Source: an uncultured cyanobacterium (GTDB lineage: Bacteria > Cyanobacteriota > Cyanobacteriia > Cyanobacteriales > Microcystaceae). Taken from it: a stretch of DNA of 56,192 bases. A program made the position numbers and the translations under genes. The stretch is taken from the NCBI GenBank assembly GCA_963807635.1, contig CAWEDJ010000010.1:1-56192 (forward strand), in the 5' to 3' direction. Below, piece by piece: positions 1 to 11,570 of the stretch. Positions within the stretch are counted from its first letter, which is position 1, and every line of letters starts with the position of its first letter. The notes under the pieces are model-generated. The model did not search any database and was not told the DNA's origin. It was given only the letters and a program-made list of their open reading frames with translations.

Positions 1-602
1 GATATATAAGAGAGATTATATTCGGTAAAAAAAGAGAAATAAGATATTGGCAAGTAACAGATAATACAGAAACGCTATCACCGAACTCCACTTTCTATAT
101 TATGACAAAAGTAGCCAACATTAAATATAAAGAAGTTGGTAACTTGTACGGAGTAAGAAATTGAGTAGAGTACGGTTTAAAGCAAAGTAAAAATGAATTA
201 GGATGGGCAGATTTTCCAGTAACAGAATATAAAAAAATTGAAAAGTGTGGGAACTGGTCATGAGTGCTTACTTAATGGTGAGTCTTCAATCAGAAGCCTT
301 GAACAAATCCAGAAAACCTCCTGATACATTAGCTGAATCTGCTCAAGAAGAATTCAGAAGCACCAAAATGGAATAAGGGAAAGGGCTCGAAAAATACCCT
401 CAATAATTTACGATTGTTTATTCAGCCATTATGTTACTTCAATCTGCTTAAACCTTGGTTAGTCGTGATTTTTACTCCTCAAATACTGCGAGTATTTTGT
501 CGTCTGTTCTTCCAGTTAAGTAAACTAAAAAATTCTCTGTTGGAGATGATTTTTCCGCGTGATTTCTATCTATCTTCTGCCTAGATTGATAGAACAGCGA
601 TA
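1..602 (+). mobile_element. IS701-family insertion sequence remnant (3' part of transposase, pseudogenised)
   Basis: Manual translation gives EIIFGKKREIRYWQVT...YGVRN*VEYGLKQSKNELGWADF, then IEKVWELVMSAYLMVSL, typical of cyanobacterial IS701 transposase C-termini. In-frame TGA at 162-164 plus frameshifts; final stop at 582-584; element end approximate. Confidence 0.8.
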
Positions 603-941
603 ACTTAATAACCGATTAGCGGCGGTTGCTCTACGAGTTTGTCGGTCTAATTCTCCAATTTTATAGCCTTTAAATCCTAATTTTTCCTTGAGTAATTGTT
701 TGTTTTCTGGGGGAATTGAGCGAGTTAATTTAACAGTCGGTGGACGATTTTCGATAAAATTTGGCGGATCGGGATAATCCTTGCGCCAATCTTCAGCGAC
801 GTGTTGATTATCCCAGGTTTGCTTCTCTGAATCATAGCGGTAGCCCAAGTAATAGGCAACTAAATGATTAACCGTTTCATCACTTAATTCTTCGTTGAGA
901 ATTGCCCAAATGGTATTAGCGTTGAGAGGTGGTAAATTCAT
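570..941 (-). CDS. DUF1823-family conserved cyanobacterial protein
   Basis: Motifs W..YP.PPNFIENRPPTVKLTRSIPPENKQLLKEKLGFKGYKIGE and TRRATAAN; the last codons run into the IS end. Confidence 0.8.
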   Translation of the reverse strand: MNLPPLNANTIWAILNEELSDETVNHLVAYYLGYRYDSEKQTWDNQHVAEDWRKDYPDPPNFIENRPPTVKLTRSIPPENKQLLKEKLGFKGYKIGELDRQTRRATAANRLLSYRCSINLGRR

Positions 942-961
942 TTTGTTATCGATCGCATTTT

Positions 962-3395
962 TTAACCTTCGGATTCGGAAATTTTAAAGTCTGTTAACAC
1001 ACCATAAATCCCCCAAATAGCCATTGCTCGAAGATAATGACTGGCTCGGAAGGTTCCGACTGCCGTGATTGCCTCTGGAGTGCGGAATTGTAACCCATTT
1101 TCATAGATTTGATTAACCACTTTTTCAGTTAACAGAAAAGCCTCTTCTTTTAGTCCCATTTGTAACAAGAATGATGCTAAACCAAAGTTAATTCCTGTCC
1201 ACACTTCTAAGGGATGGGTTGCGTCAGGATTTTCAGGAGTTCCATCGGATTTTAAACCATTGGCCGCCCCAATTTTTCCATCAGCAAATTTGAGAAAACA
1301 AGTCTCATAAACTTTCGTGAGTGCTTTCTCTGCGTATTGATTTTCTACCACATCAGGTAAACCCAACAAACGAGCATAGAACTGGCCACAAAGTTGATCG
1401 GCCATCACCACATCGGAACCACTTTTGCTATCGAGTTTATAGAATCCTCCATTCCACAAAGTATCGTGATAAATGGCACGGGATTGAGCTAACCAGTCTC
1501 GATAAATTTTGATAAAATTCTCAACGGATTCGGGATAATTTTCAGGAATTAATTCGGTTTGAATGGTGGGATGTTCTAATAATATTTCACCGATCGCGAT
1601 CACGGCTTCTAGGGCAGCAATCCAAAGCCCACCACAATAGGCACTAATTCCCAACAATTGCCAATCATCAAAAGTTTGATCAGGTGCACCAGAATTTTCG
1701 GGAATACCATCATTATCTAAATCAAATTCCTTGAGATAGGCGAGGGTTTCCGTCACCGCTTGCCAACATTCCCAGAGAAAAGCATAATCCTCTCCCCCCG
1801 TTAACAGGAAATCTCGATAAACCTGGAGGACAAAATCACTGCCTAAATCCTTCCAAAGATTACAATCTTGATAACTGGTATAGTTGGTTTTTTCCCAGGG
1901 ATGTTCATTGGGCGCACCTAAATCATGGGGCGTTGCACCCTTGGCTTTGCGAATGGCAGAAGCCTGATTATAACCAATAATTCTCGGTGTATTGTCATAA
2001 CTAGGAATAGCTCTGGCAAAAGCTTCTAAAATAGCCTTATCTAAACGGGGCCAAAGCATCATTAACCCAAATGATCCGTAGAGCCTGACATCCAAACTTT
2101 CATACCAACGATAATCGAGACATTCCGAAACCCCAAATTGTCCAATCGGATCATTTTCCGTAGCGGCTGTCCAGAGCGTTGCGCCTTGAGTTAATAAATA
2201 TAATTCATTAAACAAAGCCATCTTGAACCAATCAGGAAGTTCAGGATTTTTAAGGATGGGATTTTGCCAATCTTGGATGTTTTCTTTCCAAGTATCGCTA
2301 TGTTTTAAAGCGGTACGAATGACTGACCAGGCATTTTGTCCATTCCGTCCAAAAAAGTCAGTATAACGTCGATAATAATTAATGCCTTCCGCAAACTCTG
2401 TAACAGGGAAATCCCAAGACAAAATAAAGGGAATACGGCGAGTTTTTCCAGGTTTAACGGTGAAACGGATGGCCATGGCCGCGCCAATCTGTTCGCCAGG
2501 ATCGGCAGGGGTTTCATTCTGATAATCGGGCAGAGAGCCATTTCCTGCAAAATAATCCCAAATATCCGATCCATCTCCACTGGGATTCCATCGACTATGG
2601 TGAAAGACTTCTAGGCTGGGATTGGTGACACTGGCAAAGCAAATTTGTCCTTCCCCTTCCTGGATTTCATCCCGTAATTGAATGCGATTGAGCAAACAAC
2701 CGACACGATAATTATCTTCGATCCATTGGTTAAAATTGCCCGTGCTGTCGCCCCAACGAGGTTGATATTCATAGACAGGGCTACCATCATCGCGCACTTT
2801 AACTGTCGGCGATTTAATGGCATTGGTAAACCAACCCACCGTATTTTGCCAGGTCAGGAGAATACTGAGGGTAATCACTTTATCAGTGGGATTATGCACC
2901 GTCCAATCAAAAATGGCGACGGGATAGCTGGTTTCCTGATAATTTCCTGCCCAAATCGGTGAAAATTGTTCACAAACGATATCGCTTTTAAATACCCCTT
3001 TATATTCATACCAACTGCGGGGATAGAGAGCGGAATAGGTTCCTTTTTCCTTGGGATACCAGTTCCAACGGGATAAACTGCCATCTTCGGGAGTTTCCGT
3101 GCTGAGGGCAAAAGCTTGGGCTGCTTCTCCTTCTGCGTGTTCATAAATACTGAATTGGCAAGCGGGTAAACTGCGAAAAACGTGTTCTCCTCCGTCTAAG
3201 TGCCATAAATTAAAATCTCCCTTCGGCGATCGCCCAACGCAACCTGCTCCAAATCCACCCAGGGGCATCCCATGCCAGGGGGCGATTATCTAAATTACTG
3301 GCATAACGGACAGTGTAGGGTTTGTCCCAGCCTTTACCAATGGGACGCTTCCACGCACAGGTAGGGATTTCGGGCGGTTGAATTAGCAAGGACAT
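962..3395 (-). CDS. GH116 glycoside hydrolase (non-lysosomal glucosylceramidase-like); apparent frameshift near 3280
   Basis: ORF 3210-3395 supplies the N-terminus (W.RPIG.GWDKPYTVRYASNLD), which joins WHGMPLGGFGAG of ORF 962-3268. Also ECLDYRWYESLDV, PDQTFDDW and EVWTGINF motifs. Confidence 0.88.
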
Positions 3396-3623
3396 TATTT
3401 AAGATTAAGGAGAGATTGGGAATAACGTATGAATTATAATCGACTTTAGGACAATTCTAGAAAGATTGCTTAAATTTTGTATAATAATCGTAATAGGCAA
3501 AAAGTAGGCGTTAAATTCATTAGTTTACCTACTCACATTAGATGAAATAAACTTAGGAAATAGGCGATTGCACAAAAGTACGATCAACACCTTTATTCCC
3601 TAAAAGCAATAAATAATTAGAAT

Positions 3624-3959
3624 CTATTCTGTTACTGCTTCCGTCGTTTCCTCGGAGACTTCTCCCGCAATTTCTGACCTTGAACTGTCTTCCGTCACTT
3701 CTGGCGCAACTTCTTCGATAACAGGAGGTTTAGCCTTACTGGGTTTGGGAGGTCGGGCAAAAGCTGGATTGACTGCTTGCTTAGGTTCCTCCTCGCGAGA
3801 ACCCCGTTTTCCCTTGCCTTTACCTTTTCCACGAGCAGAACGATTTTGACGCTCATCTCTAGGCTCTTTGCGCTCATCTCTGGAAGGTGGAGGAGATGAA
3901 CTGTTGCTGGCATCTGGATTAGCTTGACGCTCAGACTTTTTGATGGGACGTTCTACCAT
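3624..3959 (-). CDS. Conserved cyanobacterial hypothetical protein, charged and low-complexity
   Basis: ORF with MVERPIKKSER start and a VNPAFARPPKP motif; GTAGGA precedes the start. Confidence 0.65.
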   Translation of the reverse strand: MVERPIKKSERQANPDASNSSSPPPSRDERKEPRDERQNRSARGKGKGKGKRGSREEEPKQAVNPAFARPPKPSKAKPPVIEEVAPEVTEDSSRSEIAGEVSEETTEAVTE

Positions 3960-4207
3960 TGTCGAATCCTACATTAACTCCGAATTACTTCTTGTATCCT
4001 AACCTAATTTGGGATTCATTCATTGAAGATATCAATAATTTTCTCGTTCTAAAGAGTAAGATAAAAAAATCATTTAATTTCTTTGCCAGAAAAAAGTGAA
4101 TTCTAATGTCTTCTCAAATCCAGTTTAAACTTAGAATTCACATCCGATGAATCATCAAAAAATAGAAGAATAAACAAGAGGCGATCGCGGAATGAATTGC
4201 ACAATTT

Positions 4208-5281
4208 CTACAACTCAAAGACATCCGCCAGAATATCCTGGGTTCCGACCAGTCTTTTGCGATCGGGGGAATCATAAACCACTAACAAAGCAGGTTTTCT
4301 CGACAGAGAAGTAAATTGAGTAATCCCCTCCGCGTGGTCAAAACCATCTCCATAGGGAATATCCATCACGACTGTCGGATTAGAAAAACTTTCGTCCTCA
4401 AAATTCGTTCCATTTTCCAGACGAAAAACTTTAACAGGCCCATTTATAGCCATTGTTGGCCCCGCTAAAATGATTAAATCATCTCCTTCAACCGACACTT
4501 CTCGAATACCTAAACCTTGAAGATTCACAAACAACTTTTTATAGCGATGCTCATCGTTTCCAATTCTTTTAAGTTTGAGTAAATTAGGGCTAGTATTTTT
4601 AACTTCAAGTTCCAAAATAATTGCCCAGCCCCGTAAAACAGGGCCGCGTAAACCCAGAAAGATTTGATTATTTTTGACGGCTAAACCTTCTATATCAAAA
4701 TCATTATCTTTTGAAGGAAGTTTGGATTGAATAAAAGAGCCTAAATGGGGGTCATCTTTTAGAGCTTCTGTGAGTAAATTTCCCCCACGAGTCAATTCTA
4801 ATATTGCGGCAGATAATTGTTTATTCGGATCAGAGGGGGAGGCATGATTTTTATACAATTCCCCCTTAATTAAGGGAATACGAGCCAGTAAATAACGATT
4901 AGATTCTGCTTCAATTGTGGCTAAACGTTTGCTATTTTCTGCGTCAGATCTTTCTGGTTTAACAGATTTCCGTTTTTGACTATGGGAACCGACGAGCCAA
5001 AGATAATCATCTGATTCCGCTAAACCCTCTATGTCAATTTCAGTATTATCACCATCAGGTAATTCAAGATAATCTTGTACGTTAAAACGTTTATGTTCTC
5101 CAAAGATATCTTTTGTTTCTGGATTGATTAATGTCAGTCTTTCGATATTAATCCCTTCATCGCATCCCAGCCAAAGATGTCCATCGCTTGATAGGTGAAC
5201 GGCAGATAAATCTTCTCTTAATTCGGGTCTTTCTCCTTGAAATTGGAATTTAACTTGATTCAACAAAGAAGTTTTTTTCAT
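4208..5281 (-). CDS. DUF3616-domain protein
   Basis: EIDIEGL, LWLVGSHS.KRK, DIEGLAV, FLGLRGPVLRGWA, LGIRE, LAGPTM and DHAEG motifs. Confidence 0.8.
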   Translation of the reverse strand: MKKTSLLNQVKFQFQGERPELREDLSAVHLSSDGHLWLGCDEGINIERLTLINPETKDIFGEHKRFNVQDYLELPDGDNTEIDIEGLAESDDYLWLVGSHSQKRKSVKPERSDAENSKRLATIEAESNRYLLARIPLIKGELYKNHASPSDPNKQLSAAILELTRGGNLLTEALKDDPHLGSFIQSKLPSKDNDFDIEGLAVKNNQIFLGLRGPVLRGWAIILELEVKNTSPNLLKLKRIGNDEHRYKKLFVNLQGLGIREVSVEGDDLIILAGPTMAINGPVKVFRLENGTNFEDESFSNPTVVMDIPYGDGFDHAEGITQFTSLSRKPALLVVYDSPDRKRLVGTQDILADVFEL

Positions 5282-5459
5282 AATACGTTATTCTAAAATG
5301 TAGATTATTAGATTATACTGACAGGGAGATTTTATTTCAGAATTTTAATGTTTTTTAACTATTTTACTGGCACTTACAAGAAATAACTTTTTTGTGTTTT
5401 AGTCAATACTCCCTTAACAAATATTTGCAGATCAAGAGTCTTGTTATTATTTATTTCTC

Positions 5460-5984
5460 ATGAATTTACCGAATACGATTACCCTCTCGCGTTTATTAGG
5501 TTTACCATTTATTTTTATCTTACTGATCGACCCAGACTTCGGCCGATTGATGGTGGGCAACGGGCATTTTTGCGATCGCGGCGGCAACGGATTGGTTAGA
5601 CGGATATTTGGCTAGAAAACTCAATCAAATCACGGAAATGGGAAAGTTTCTCGATCCTTTAGTCGATAAACTACTCGTATTAGGGCCATTTTTAATCTTA
5701 ATCCAGTGGCAAGTGATTCCCGCTTGGGCAGTTTTTTTGATTTTGGGTCGGGAATTGGCGATCGCAGGTTGGCGAGTCAGTGGAAGTGGCGCAATCTCTG
5801 GCGCAAATCTCTGGGCAAACTGAAAACCGTTTCCCAAATTTTCGCGATCGCTTTATGGTTGGCTCCTTTAGATGAAACGTGGAAAATGCCCGCCCTAATC
5901 GTTTTTTGGATTTCGGTTGTTTTAACCCTGATTTCAGGACTAATTTACGTTTTACCCACGAATTCTGATCAAAATAAAGTATAA
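5460..5984 (+). CDS. pgsA: CDP-diacylglycerol--glycerol-3-phosphate 3-phosphatidyltransferase; two apparent frameshifts (~5540, ~5815)
   Basis: Read across frames: MNLPNTITLSRL...ATDWLDGYLARKLNQITEMGKFLDPLVDKLL...GKLKTVSQI, the CDP-alcohol phosphatidyltransferase signature. Confidence 0.9.
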
Positions 5985-6130
5985 ATAAAAGGCGCGATCG
6001 CCGATCGATGCGTGAAGACAATCAAAGCCCCTAATAACACTAAGGTAATAATTAAAGGTAAAAGCCAAAACTTTTGACGCGCTTTTAAAAAACCCCAAAC
6101 ATCCTTAACTAATTCAACAAATCCGTCCAT
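5969..6130 (-). CDS. SxtK-like / DUF5989 small membrane protein (53 aa, not in ORF track)
   Basis: Manual translation MDGFVELVKDVWGFLKARQKFWLLPLIITLVLLGALIVFTHRSAIAPFIYTLF*; the APFIYTLF C-terminus is characteristic. Lies downstream of the sxtJ-like gene. Confidence 0.88.
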   Translation of the reverse strand: MDGFVELVKDVWGFLKARQKFWLLPLIITLVLLGALIVFTHRSAIAPFIYTLF

Positions 6131-6172
6131 TGGTTAACTCACTTATGATGTAATTTAATTTTAAAAATGCTC

Positions 6173-6200
6173 GTAGGGACATAATATATCATGTCCTTAT
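6173..6200. repeat. GTAG-type REP-like palindrome
   Basis: GTAGGGACAT-aatatatc-ATGTCCTTAT imperfect inverted repeat beginning with GTAG, intergenic. Confidence 0.55.
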
Positions 6201-6213
6201 ATTTATATCTTAA

Positions 6214-6618
6214 TTAATAAGGTTTTTCCATACTAGAACTAGGATGAATTTTACTAGAAATACGGTAAGTTTCTACCTGAAAATCAAACTTTCTCGCCAT
6301 CGTATCTCGGTTGAATAACTTCATAATAAATGCCATCGGAGTCAAAATAATAAAGAAAACAATCGATAAAACAATTCGACTCTCTAGCCAACCGACATAA
6401 AGACCTATTTTCATCCAAAATCGATAAATAGGATCAAGAGATTTGGGTAAAATTATGGCAAGTCCCGCTAAAAAAACCGCAATTATCCAGGGAATAATGG
6501 TTAAAGAATGTCCTCTAATTAATGGTAAAATTAAGCCGAATAATCCCGCAATAATTCCCCCTGTTAATAAGCCAAATTCTCGTAACTCTTTGATTGTTAA
6601 TTTTTTGTTTTCACTCAT
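6214..6618 (-). CDS. SxtJ-family membrane protein
   Basis: KELREFGL..G, two hydrophobic segments, P.YRFWMKIG, and a SMEKPY end; lies directly downstream of the carbamoyltransferase. Confidence 0.85.
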   Translation of the reverse strand: MSENKKLTIKELREFGLLTGGIIAGLFGLILPLIRGHSLTIIPWIIAVFLAGLAIILPKSLDPIYRFWMKIGLYVGWLESRIVLSIVFFIILTPMAFIMKLFNRDTMARKFDFQVETYRISSKIHPSSSMEKPY

Positions 6619-6628
6619 AATGATTTTT

Positions 6629-8473
6629 TTAATCTAGTTCAAATTCTTGTTGCCAAGTTTCATCTTTTTTAACTTGAGGTTGATCGGTTTTCGCTAAGAC
6701 ATAATTTTCTAAAACCAAATAATCCATTTCAGTCCGCATAAAACACCGATAGGCATCTTCGGGCGTACAAACAATGGGTTCACCCCGCACATTAAAGGAA
6801 GTATTCACCAAAACACCGCAACCCGTCAAAGCTTCAAATTCACTGATTAATTGATGATAACGGGGATTCGTTTCAGGGTGAACGGTCTGCACACGGGCGG
6901 AATAATCCACATGGGTAATGGCAGGTAATTGGGAACGGGGGATATTGAGTTTTTCGATGCCAAATAATTGTTTTTGTTCCTCCGTCATGGCAATTTTTAA
7001 ATTTCTTTAATATTGGCAACTAACAACATATAGGGACTATTGTGATCTAATTCAAAATAATCCGAGACTTTATCCGCTAATACTGACGGTGCGAAGGGAC
7101 GAAAAGATTCTCGATATTTAATTTTTAAATTCATCACTGATTGCATTTTGTCATTGCGCGGATCTCCAATAATCGAGCGATCGCCTAACGCACGGGGGCC
7201 AAATTCCATTCTTCCTTGAAACCAGCCGACGACATTTCCTTTTGCTAAAATTTGTGCTACTTTTTGATACAATTCGGACTCATTAAAATAATGATAAACT
7301 GCCCGAACATCATCCAAATATTGTTGAATTTCATCAGGACTAAATTTCGGCCAAATAGGAACCTTTCATCTTATCGCAGCCATCTGTTTGACGCGGTTTT
7401 TCTAAATATTGATGCCAAACCGACAACGCCGCCCCGATCGCTCCCCCTGCATCTCCCGCCGCAGGTTGAATCCAAATATCTTTAAATTTACTTTCCCGCA
7501 ATAAACGGCCATTAGACACGCAATTTAAAGCAACTCCTCCCGCTAGGCAGAGATAATCGACTCCCAACTCTTTTTGAGCCGTATTTGCTAATCTTAAAAC
7601 AATTTCCTCCGTTACCTGCTGAATAGAAGCGGCAATATCCATTTCTCGTTGAGTTAATGCTGCTTCAGGCTGACGACGAGGCGCATCAAAAAGACGGTCA
7701 AAGAGCTTATTGGTCATAGTCAAGCCCGTTGTATAGTTAAAATATTTCATATTTAACCGAAAAGTGCCGTCATCTTTTAAATCTAGTAAATTATTTAAAA
7801 TTAAATCCACATATTTCGGCTGACCGTAGGGAGCCAGTCCCATCAACTTATATTCCCCCGAATTAACCTTAAATCCCGTGTAATAGGTGAAAGCAGAGTA
7901 AAGTAACCCTAAAGAATGGGGAAAATCAATCTCCCACTGGGGCGTTAACTGATTTCCTTCTCCCAACCAGAGAGAAGTCGTTGCCCATTCCCCCACCCCA
8001 TCCATGCACAAAACTGCCGCCTTTTCAAACGGACTAGGGAAAAAAGCTGATGCCGCGTGGGATTGATGATGTTCCCCAAACAGCAGGGGAGGGAGTTGTT
8101 TTGGTTTGCAATTGCCCAATTCTGCTAGGGCTTTTTTAAGTACCGTTTTGAGATAAAGTTTTTCCTGTAACCAAACGGACATGGCTGAAATAAAAGACTG
8201 TAATCCTTGCGGTGCGTAGGCAAGATAGGTTTCTAATAGGCGATCGAAGGTGAGCAGAGGTTTTTCATAAAAGACAATATAATCCAATTGTCCAAGGGAA
8301 ATTTGGGCTTCTTTGAGAGTGTAAACAATGGCATTTTGGGGAAAACTGGCATCATGTTTCTTTCGAGTAAAACGTTCTTCCTGAGCCGCCGCTACAATCT
8401 CGCCATCGTTAATTAATGCCGCCGCACTGTCATGGTAGTACCCAGAAATACCCAAAATATAACTCACCGTCAC
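6629..8473 (-). CDS. NodU/CmcH/SxtI-family O-carbamoyltransferase; split into three ORFs by apparent frameshifts (~7350, ~6995)
   Basis: [80 protein letters not shown] and [18 protein letters not shown]. Confidence 0.9.
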
Positions 8474-8553
8474 TCACTCTCCCATCACAAAACACTGTCA
8501 GAATAACATAACTCAAAGTCGATCTTGTGAATGATCGTCAAAAAAAGCTTGAT

Positions 8554-8817
8554 CTAACCACCACTAACAGGTGGAATAAAGACAATTTCATCTCCGTCTT
8601 GGAGCAATGTTTCTGCTTCTACGAATTGTAGATTTAGTCCAAAGCGAGTCAGCGATCGCCACTTTTCTAGTTCGGGACGTTCAGAAATTAATTGATTAAG
8701 TACCTCTAAAATAGAAGTATTAAGGCTAAAATCCCGTTTTAATTCTCCTATGTTATAGGCTTCTTGATAGGCGGCAAAAAGTTTAATGGTAATTGTGATT
8801 TTTGGACTAGAAGACAT
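8554..8817 (-). CDS. moaD: Molybdopterin synthase sulfur carrier (MoaD/ThiS family)
   Basis: 87 aa; KLFAAY and a C-terminal IPPVSGG. Confidence 0.88.
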   Translation of the reverse strand: MSSSPKITITIKLFAAYQEAYNIGELKRDFSLNTSILEVLNQLISERPELEKWRSLTRFGLNLQFVEAETLLQDGDEIVFIPPVSGG

Positions 8818-8877
8818 TTTTGATTGATGAATTAATGAAATTAAAATAGCTTGAATTATTTGCGATATTGTGAGTAT

Positions 8878-10309
8878 TTAATTATATTCTAAGAGAGTCC
8901 AATATTGACTACTTCCTGGAAACTCAGCCGCTACGATGGTTTTACCTGGATCAATCACAACGGAACCGACAAAAAAAGAACTACTAGGATTTAATTCTGT
9001 TATATTATTTGTCTCTTTATTGATGACAATAACTTTACTCGCCCCATTAACTTTAAGTTGAAAATAACTTGCTTGATTAATGGGCAAAGATTTAGTTAAA
9101 GGCATTTCTAAATAAGCATTTTTATCAGTAAAACTTCCATAGATTAACGGAAAAGCTTCGCCTGGAGCAACGGCTTGGATGTCGTATTTAACCGCTTGAT
9201 AATAGGTTTCTTCTTCTCTTTTTTTAGAAAAAATAATCAGTTCATATTCCCCGACAGAAGGAAAGGAAGCACGAACGATCGCCTGTTGACCTTGTTTTTG
9301 AACAAAGGTGTAATTCTGGTCTAATTTAGAGCCTGATTTATCTAATAGTTGGGCTGCGATTAAAATATTATCGGGAATATTGAGTCGAATTTCTGACTGT
9401 CCATTAGCAGAAATAACTCGATTATCTTTATGACTTAAAAGTTGGAGTCGATCGCGGAAAAAAACGAGCCGAAATATCAGGAAACTGGTCAAATGCTGCC
9501 CTAGTATAAACCGTTGGTAATAATTGCCAATGGCTTTCGGCGGGAAAATGACTATAGATTAATTGATCGGGAGGTGTGGCGAAATAATAGGGATTAAACT
9601 TTGCGACAAATTGATCGTTTTCGATCGCACCTGCACCCCAAGTTGCATCAAGGAGATACCAAGTTCCATCGATTTTTACGCCATTCCAAGCATGATTAAT
9701 ATCCTTATCTTGCCCCACTAAATAGCTTGGCCCTTTCGCGTAGCCTTCAACAATCACGGATTTTAAACCCATTGCCTTAGCTAAAGATTGATAAAGGTTA
9801 GCATAGCCTGAACAAATGGTCATTCGACTCGTTAATACGCCCGTTGTACTTAAATCTAATTCTCGGCGATCGCGTTTAAGAGCTTCAACATCGTAGGCAA
9901 TATGTTGGGTAATCCAGGCATAAGCTAAACGAGCTTTTCCAGATTCAGTTGAGGCCAAGGGAGTCAATATTTTGGCAAGTTCTTCAACCGATGACCCCCT
10001 ATAATCCAAGGAAGCGGCTAGTTTATCTAGGGGATCGGACTCTGTTAGGGGCAAAATTTGGGGATTGCCTGCAACAGGATTACTGATTCGCTCGGTCAGA
10101 ACAACGGAAGTCGGTAGGAAATTTTTCTCTAATACAGTAGTGGTAAAAGCCGTCAGGTTATCATTAGAAATAAACCGAAAAAATAATGGTTTGTTTAGTA
10201 AAAATACCCCGAATAACATACCCAATAACAACCAAACACTAGGAAAAGATTTCTTATTTTTTGGCGGTTGTCTTCGATAGGTTTGACGGTAACCTTTACC
10301 TGTTGCCAT
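8878..10309 (-). CDS. Transglutaminase-like (kyphoscoliosis peptidase-type) membrane-anchored protein; apparent frameshift ~9460
   Basis: N-terminal TM; Cys-His-Asp triad ICSGYANL / NHAWN / LDATWG; YFATPP.QLIYSHFP. The break is at an A8 run, and ORF 8878-9492 continues with beta-rich repeats. Confidence 0.8.
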
Positions 10310-10351
10310 TAATTTCTCCTATTATTGAAAGTTTGAGACCAATAATCTAGT

Positions 10352-11413
10352 TTATTCTATGGATTTTTCGATAATGCCGCCGCCTAAGAGAATTTCTTCG
10401 TCATAAAAAACTGCCGCTTGACCAGGGGTAATGCCAAATTGGGGTTCATCAAAGACTAATTTAACTCGATCGCCTTCTAGGGGAATCACACTGACCACCA
10501 CAGGAGAAGACCGATAACGAACCTGCACTTCACAACGAAGGGGAGCCGTCGGTTCCGTAATCGAAACCCAATTCAGTCGCGTTACAGAGCAATCCAAACT
10601 GCCCGCACTGTCGCGATCGCCCACAATCACCCGATTCATTGCTGGATCAAGTTTCACCACATAGAGCGGATCGGGAGCGGCGATTCCTAGCCCCTTGCGT
10701 TGACCAATGGTGTAATGATGAATTCCTTGGTGTTTCCCCAAAACCTTTCCTGAAAGATCGACAATCTCTCCTTCTTTTTCTGAAATATATTTATTCAAAA
10801 AATCCCGCATCGATCCGTGAGACTCTACCAGACATAAATCCTGACTATCGGGTTTATCCGCCACACTTAAACCAAATTCGGTAGCAATTCGGCGGGTTTC
10901 TGTCTTAGTTTGTTCTCCCAGGGGAAATAAGACCGTCGCCAGAACGTCTTGACTCAAATCATAGAGAAAGTAGGATTGATCCTTGTGTAAATCGACTGCC
11001 CGCAATAATTGATAACGCCCACTCGTGGCATCATAGCGAATCCGTGCATAGTGACCCGTTGCAATTTGCTCAATTCCTAGCGTTTCTTGGGCATAATTGA
11101 GCATGGGCGTAAATTTAACCGCCTTATTGCATTGGGAACAGGGCAGAGGCGTAACCCCTTCCCCATAACCCGTCACCAAATAATCCACGATATGGGTCTG
11201 AAAAAGGTCACGACTGTCCACAATTTCATGGGGAATGCCCAACTGCTCACACAGACTAGCCGCATCAACCATTCCTTCCGAACAACATTGGCCTTTTCCT
11301 TTCATTAACCATAAGGTTAACCCGACCACTTCATAGCCTTGACGGTGTAAGACAGCCGCCGCAACCGAGCTATCGACCCCGCCAGATAAGCCAACGACAA
11401 CTTTTTTAACCAT
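10352..11413 (-). CDS. mnmA: tRNA 2-thiouridine(34) synthase
   Basis: [36 protein letters not shown] and [10 protein letters not shown]. Confidence 0.96.
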   Translation of the reverse strand: MVKKVVVGLSGGVDSSVAAAVLHRQGYEVVGLTLWLMKGKGQCCSEGMVDAASLCEQLGIPHEIVDSRDLFQTHIVDYLVTGYGEGVTPLPCSQCNKAVKFTPMLNYAQETLGIEQIATGHYARIRYDATSGRYQLLRAVDLHKDQSYFLYDLSQDVLATVLFPLGEQTKTETRRIATEFGLSVADKPDSQDLCLVESHGSMRDFLNKYISEKEGEIVDLSGKVLGKHQGIHHYTIGQRKGLGIAAPDPLYVVKLDPAMNRVIVGDRDSAGSLDCSVTRLNWVSITEPTAPLRCEVQVRYRSSPVVVSVIPLEGDRVKLVFDEPQFGITPGQAAVFYDEEILLGGGIIEKSIE

Positions 11414-11570
11414 TCTTAATACTTAATAAAGACTTCAAAGATTACCGAACCTAACAATAACTTTCTCTAGGCTAACATTTCAGCTTACAATTAGAATTAA
11501 AACTGAAAAACGGAAAAGCATTCCCAATTCGTTTTAGGTGTGAGGAAATTTTTATTAATGGAGTGTTGCG

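Noticed and set aside
1321..3144. Short antisense and alternative-frame ORFs inside GH116 (similarly in mnmA, rbp3, pmbA, dnaE, glgP and IS3)
   Set aside because: They fully overlap well-supported genes and show no recognisable motifs, so they are shadow ORFs.
5969..8473. Saxitoxin biosynthesis cluster
   Set aside because: No sxtA, sxtG, sxtB or other core genes are nearby, and the flanks are housekeeping.
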